Assembly (NCBI GenBank): GCA_041747555.1
Contig: JBGTEY010000011.1
Coordinates: forward strand, 12,696 to 76,695
DNA: 64,000 nucleotides
Direction: 5' to 3'
Origin: Patescibacteria group bacterium
Lineage (GTDB): Bacteria > Patescibacteriota > Microgenomatia > UBA1400 > PJMF01
Part shown: positions 61,896 through 64,000 of the stretch, one piece after another
Position numbering within the stretch: position 1 is the stretch's first letter
How the letters are laid out: each line of letters starts with the position of its first letter
The notes under the pieces: generated by a model
The model's input: the letters and a program-made list of their open reading frames with translations, nothing else
The model's database searches: none
Told to the model about the DNA's origin: nothing
Program-made: the position numbers and the translations under genes

Positions 61896-62555
61896 TTAGG
61901 TTTGCTCAAGAAGAATTAATTGTGTTTCTTCTGGGATTTTTCCTCGTTCTATATCAAGCTTGACCATTGGTTTGGGGTCAAGCCCATACTCTCTGGTGAA
62001 ATCACTCAGTGTAGTCATGTCTGCAAAAACATCCGAGTTGTGAGCGTCAGTTTTGTAGTGCATTGGAATGACAATCCCTGGTTCAAGTGTTCTGATAATT
62101 TTAACCGCTAATTCAGAATTAATAGTGAATGCGCCGCCTACCGGACACAGCAAAATATCAATCGCGCCGATTTTCTCAACCTGTTGCGATGTTAAATCGT
62201 GACCAAGGTCTCCGAGATGACACACGCGTAAGTGATCAATGAGAATAGTAAAAACCGTATTTTGACCTCGCTCTGTTCCTTTACTATCATCATGAAAGGT
62301 AGGCACGCCGAAAATAGAAATTCCGCCAACTTCATACTCACCTGGCTTATCAACGATAAATGGATTGTTTCTGCGAGCAGTACCGCTAATTTTATCAGCA
62401 GCGTTATGATCCTTGTGGTCGTGAGAAACGGTGACGATGTCAGCACTTAGTCGTGGGAGTGTCAAGCCGATGTAATCATCGTAAGGATCGGTAACAGCAG
62501 TGCCTCTTTTGCCTTTTAATTTAAATGTTGAGTGTCCGTGATAGGTAATAATCAT
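61896..62555 (-). CDS. MBL-fold metallohydrolase
   Basis: GHS, TDPY, SHDHKDH, HLGD, PMHY. Confidence 0.9.
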   Translation of the reverse strand: MIITYHGHSTFKLKGKRGTAVTDPYDDYIGLTLPRLSADIVTVSHDHKDHNAADKISGTARRNNPFIVDKPGEYEVGGISIFGVPTFHDDSKGTERGQNTVFTILIDHLRVCHLGDLGHDLTSQQVEKIGAIDILLCPVGGAFTINSELAVKIIRTLEPGIVIPMHYKTDAHNSDVFADMTTLSDFTREYGLDPKPMVKLDIERGKIPEETQLILLEQT

Positions 62556-62614
62556 AGCGCTAGTCTAGCGTAACAATGTCGATTTGTAAAAGGTGCGGTA
62601 TAATACAAGTTCAT

Positions 62615-63088
62615 ATGCGCAAAGAAGTATTGGCAGCAGTCATTATTGGGCTCAGTTTAGGGTTATTCATTACCTATGGTTTCTATCGAGTACGAAGTAC
62701 TTTAACAGAGACCACGATTACTGATTTACAAACAACTCCAAGCCCGAGTCCAGAAGCTCCCGTGCCAACAAATCTAGCACTCCACAGTCCAGAGGATGGA
62801 ACTATTCAGACAGAAACTACTCTCACTGTTGCTGGTGCAACCATTCCGAATGCGCTTGTGGTGGTGTTTGTGAACGATGCTGATATGATTACTACCGCTG
62901 ATGAAACGGGCAATTTTGCAGTTGAAAGTACTTTAAAGCAAGGAAGTAATACGATTGCCGTTCATGTTGTTGATGAAAACGGTGATACAACGGTTGAAGA
63001 ACGCGTCGTGATCGTTACCACAATTTTTGAAGAAACTGCAGACGCGACCGACTCTGCGCAACAAGAAACTGACGATGATGATCAATAA
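62615..63088 (+). CDS. Membrane-anchored Ig-like domain protein
   Basis: N-terminal TM; SPEDG..LTVAG...G.N.I.V...D..G. Confidence 0.7.
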   Translation: MRKEVLAAVIIGLSLGLFITYGFYRVRSTLTETTITDLQTTPSPSPEAPVPTNLALHSPEDGTIQTETTLTVAGATIPNALVVVFVNDADMITTADETGNFAVESTLKQGSNTIAVHVVDENGDTTVEERVVIVTTIFEETADATDSAQQETDDDDQ

Positions 63089-63809
63089 ACAAACACTAAC
63101 TCTCATTGGTCCAGCTGCACTTGCTGGTGTCCTTTTTGCAATTATGGTACTCATTGGTGGTTTACTACCTGTCCGCGCGGCAACTCCAACACCGTCTCCG
63201 AGCCCAGACACAGAAGACGCAGTCCTCGATGTCAACGCCAAACAAACTATTGAAGAAATAAAAAAACGAATTGAAAAAAATCGATCAAAAGTCCAAGGCA
63301 CTATTGATGATCTCCTCCAAAAGCGACGCGGATTTATCGGCGAAGTACTGCGTGTCACCGGCGAGTCAATCACCGTTGAGAATGCTGATGGCACGACCAT
63401 CATCGCGCTTAGCCAAGGAGTTACAGTCACCAAAGACGACGAAGCCATCCAGGTCGATGATATTGCCGTCGGTAACTGGGCGATTGTGATGGGATCTGTT
63501 CAAGATGATGTCTCAATTGAGCCACAATTTGTTGAGATTTATGAAGAGACACTTCAGCCAGAACCAAAAACAGTAGAACTTGGTACGATTACAAACATTA
63601 ACGCGTCAGAAATTACCCTTACATCAAGAAGTACTGGTGAAAAACTTGTCATTGAACTCAGCACATCCACCGAATATCAAAACGCAGACGGTACCGAGAT
63701 TTCCCGAACTGACTTTGAAGAGGACATGAACTGTCTTATCACTGGTACTATTTCTGACGGAAGTATTGAAGCACTGACCGTGCGTTCACTCGCACCACTC
63801 GATGTCTAA
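63075..63809 (+). CDS. Secreted protein with tandem OB-like (DUF5666-like) domains
   Basis: Signal peptide; two G.I/V..I...IT...D...G..... G repeats. Confidence 0.6.
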   Translation: MMINKQTLTLIGPAALAGVLFAIMVLIGGLLPVRAATPTPSPSPDTEDAVLDVNAKQTIEEIKKRIEKNRSKVQGTIDDLLQKRRGFIGEVLRVTGESITVENADGTTIIALSQGVTVTKDDEAIQVDDIAVGNWAIVMGSVQDDVSIEPQFVEIYEETLQPEPKTVELGTITNINASEITLTSRSTGEKLVIELSTSTEYQNADGTEISRTDFEEDMNCLITGTISDGSIEALTVRSLAPLDV

Positions 63810-64000
63810 GTACACCCCTCGTCTTTTAGCGCTATCCAAGAATCTCCAATCAAATCAAGCTATCCTTATCTCAGACATCCATGATATGTACTATTTGACT
63901 GGATTTGAAACGCTCGTGCCAAATGAGCGTGAGGGATATGTAGTACTCACCAAAAAGGCGACTTCTGTGGTCCATGCCAGTTTTACACCAGTTACAAAAT
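63802..64000 (+). CDS. Xaa-Pro aminopeptidase (M24) N-terminus, partial
   Basis: MSKYTPRL...AILISDIHDMYYLTGF resembles the creatinase-N motif; open to the window end. Confidence 0.7.
   Translation, partial: MSKYTPRLLALSKNLQSNQAILISDIHDMYYLTGFETLVPNEREGYVVLTKKATSVVHASFTPVTK

Overview
Compact, gene-dense chromosomal segment (standard genetic code, no rRNA, CRISPR or transposase seen). Its gene content suggests a Patescibacteria/CPR bacterium, probably Microgenomates; this is inferred from the type IV pilus set without a secretin, the short EF-Ts and YebC, and an acpP-like relic with no fab genes. From left to right: a GT-C glycosyltransferase/glycoside hydrolase/LPXTG-like protein/sortase cluster; rpmF-nusB-acp-rnc-rpsP-khpA; a 21-kb type IV pilus locus interrupted by an AT-rich deaminase cassette flanked by two NDT/DNPH1-RHH genes and by large surface proteins; holB, gyrB-ppaC-gyrA, tRNA-Ala and a Xer recombinase; a lysyl-oxidase-like lipoprotein; an ~900-bp interval without a recognisable gene that holds a dif-like 11-6-11 palindrome; then yebC, tgt, tsf, rpsB, a NUDIX + SRA-HNH pair, folD, nfo, glyA, two HD proteins with a candidate structured RNA upstream, rluA-family/lspA/lgt, pip, tRNA-Leu and dnaB. 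Best leads are the candidate dif site, CIRCE-like operators at gyrB and xer, the structured RNA, the LOX lipoprotein and two possible modified-nucleotide modules. All calls come from reading motifs by eye; no searches were run.
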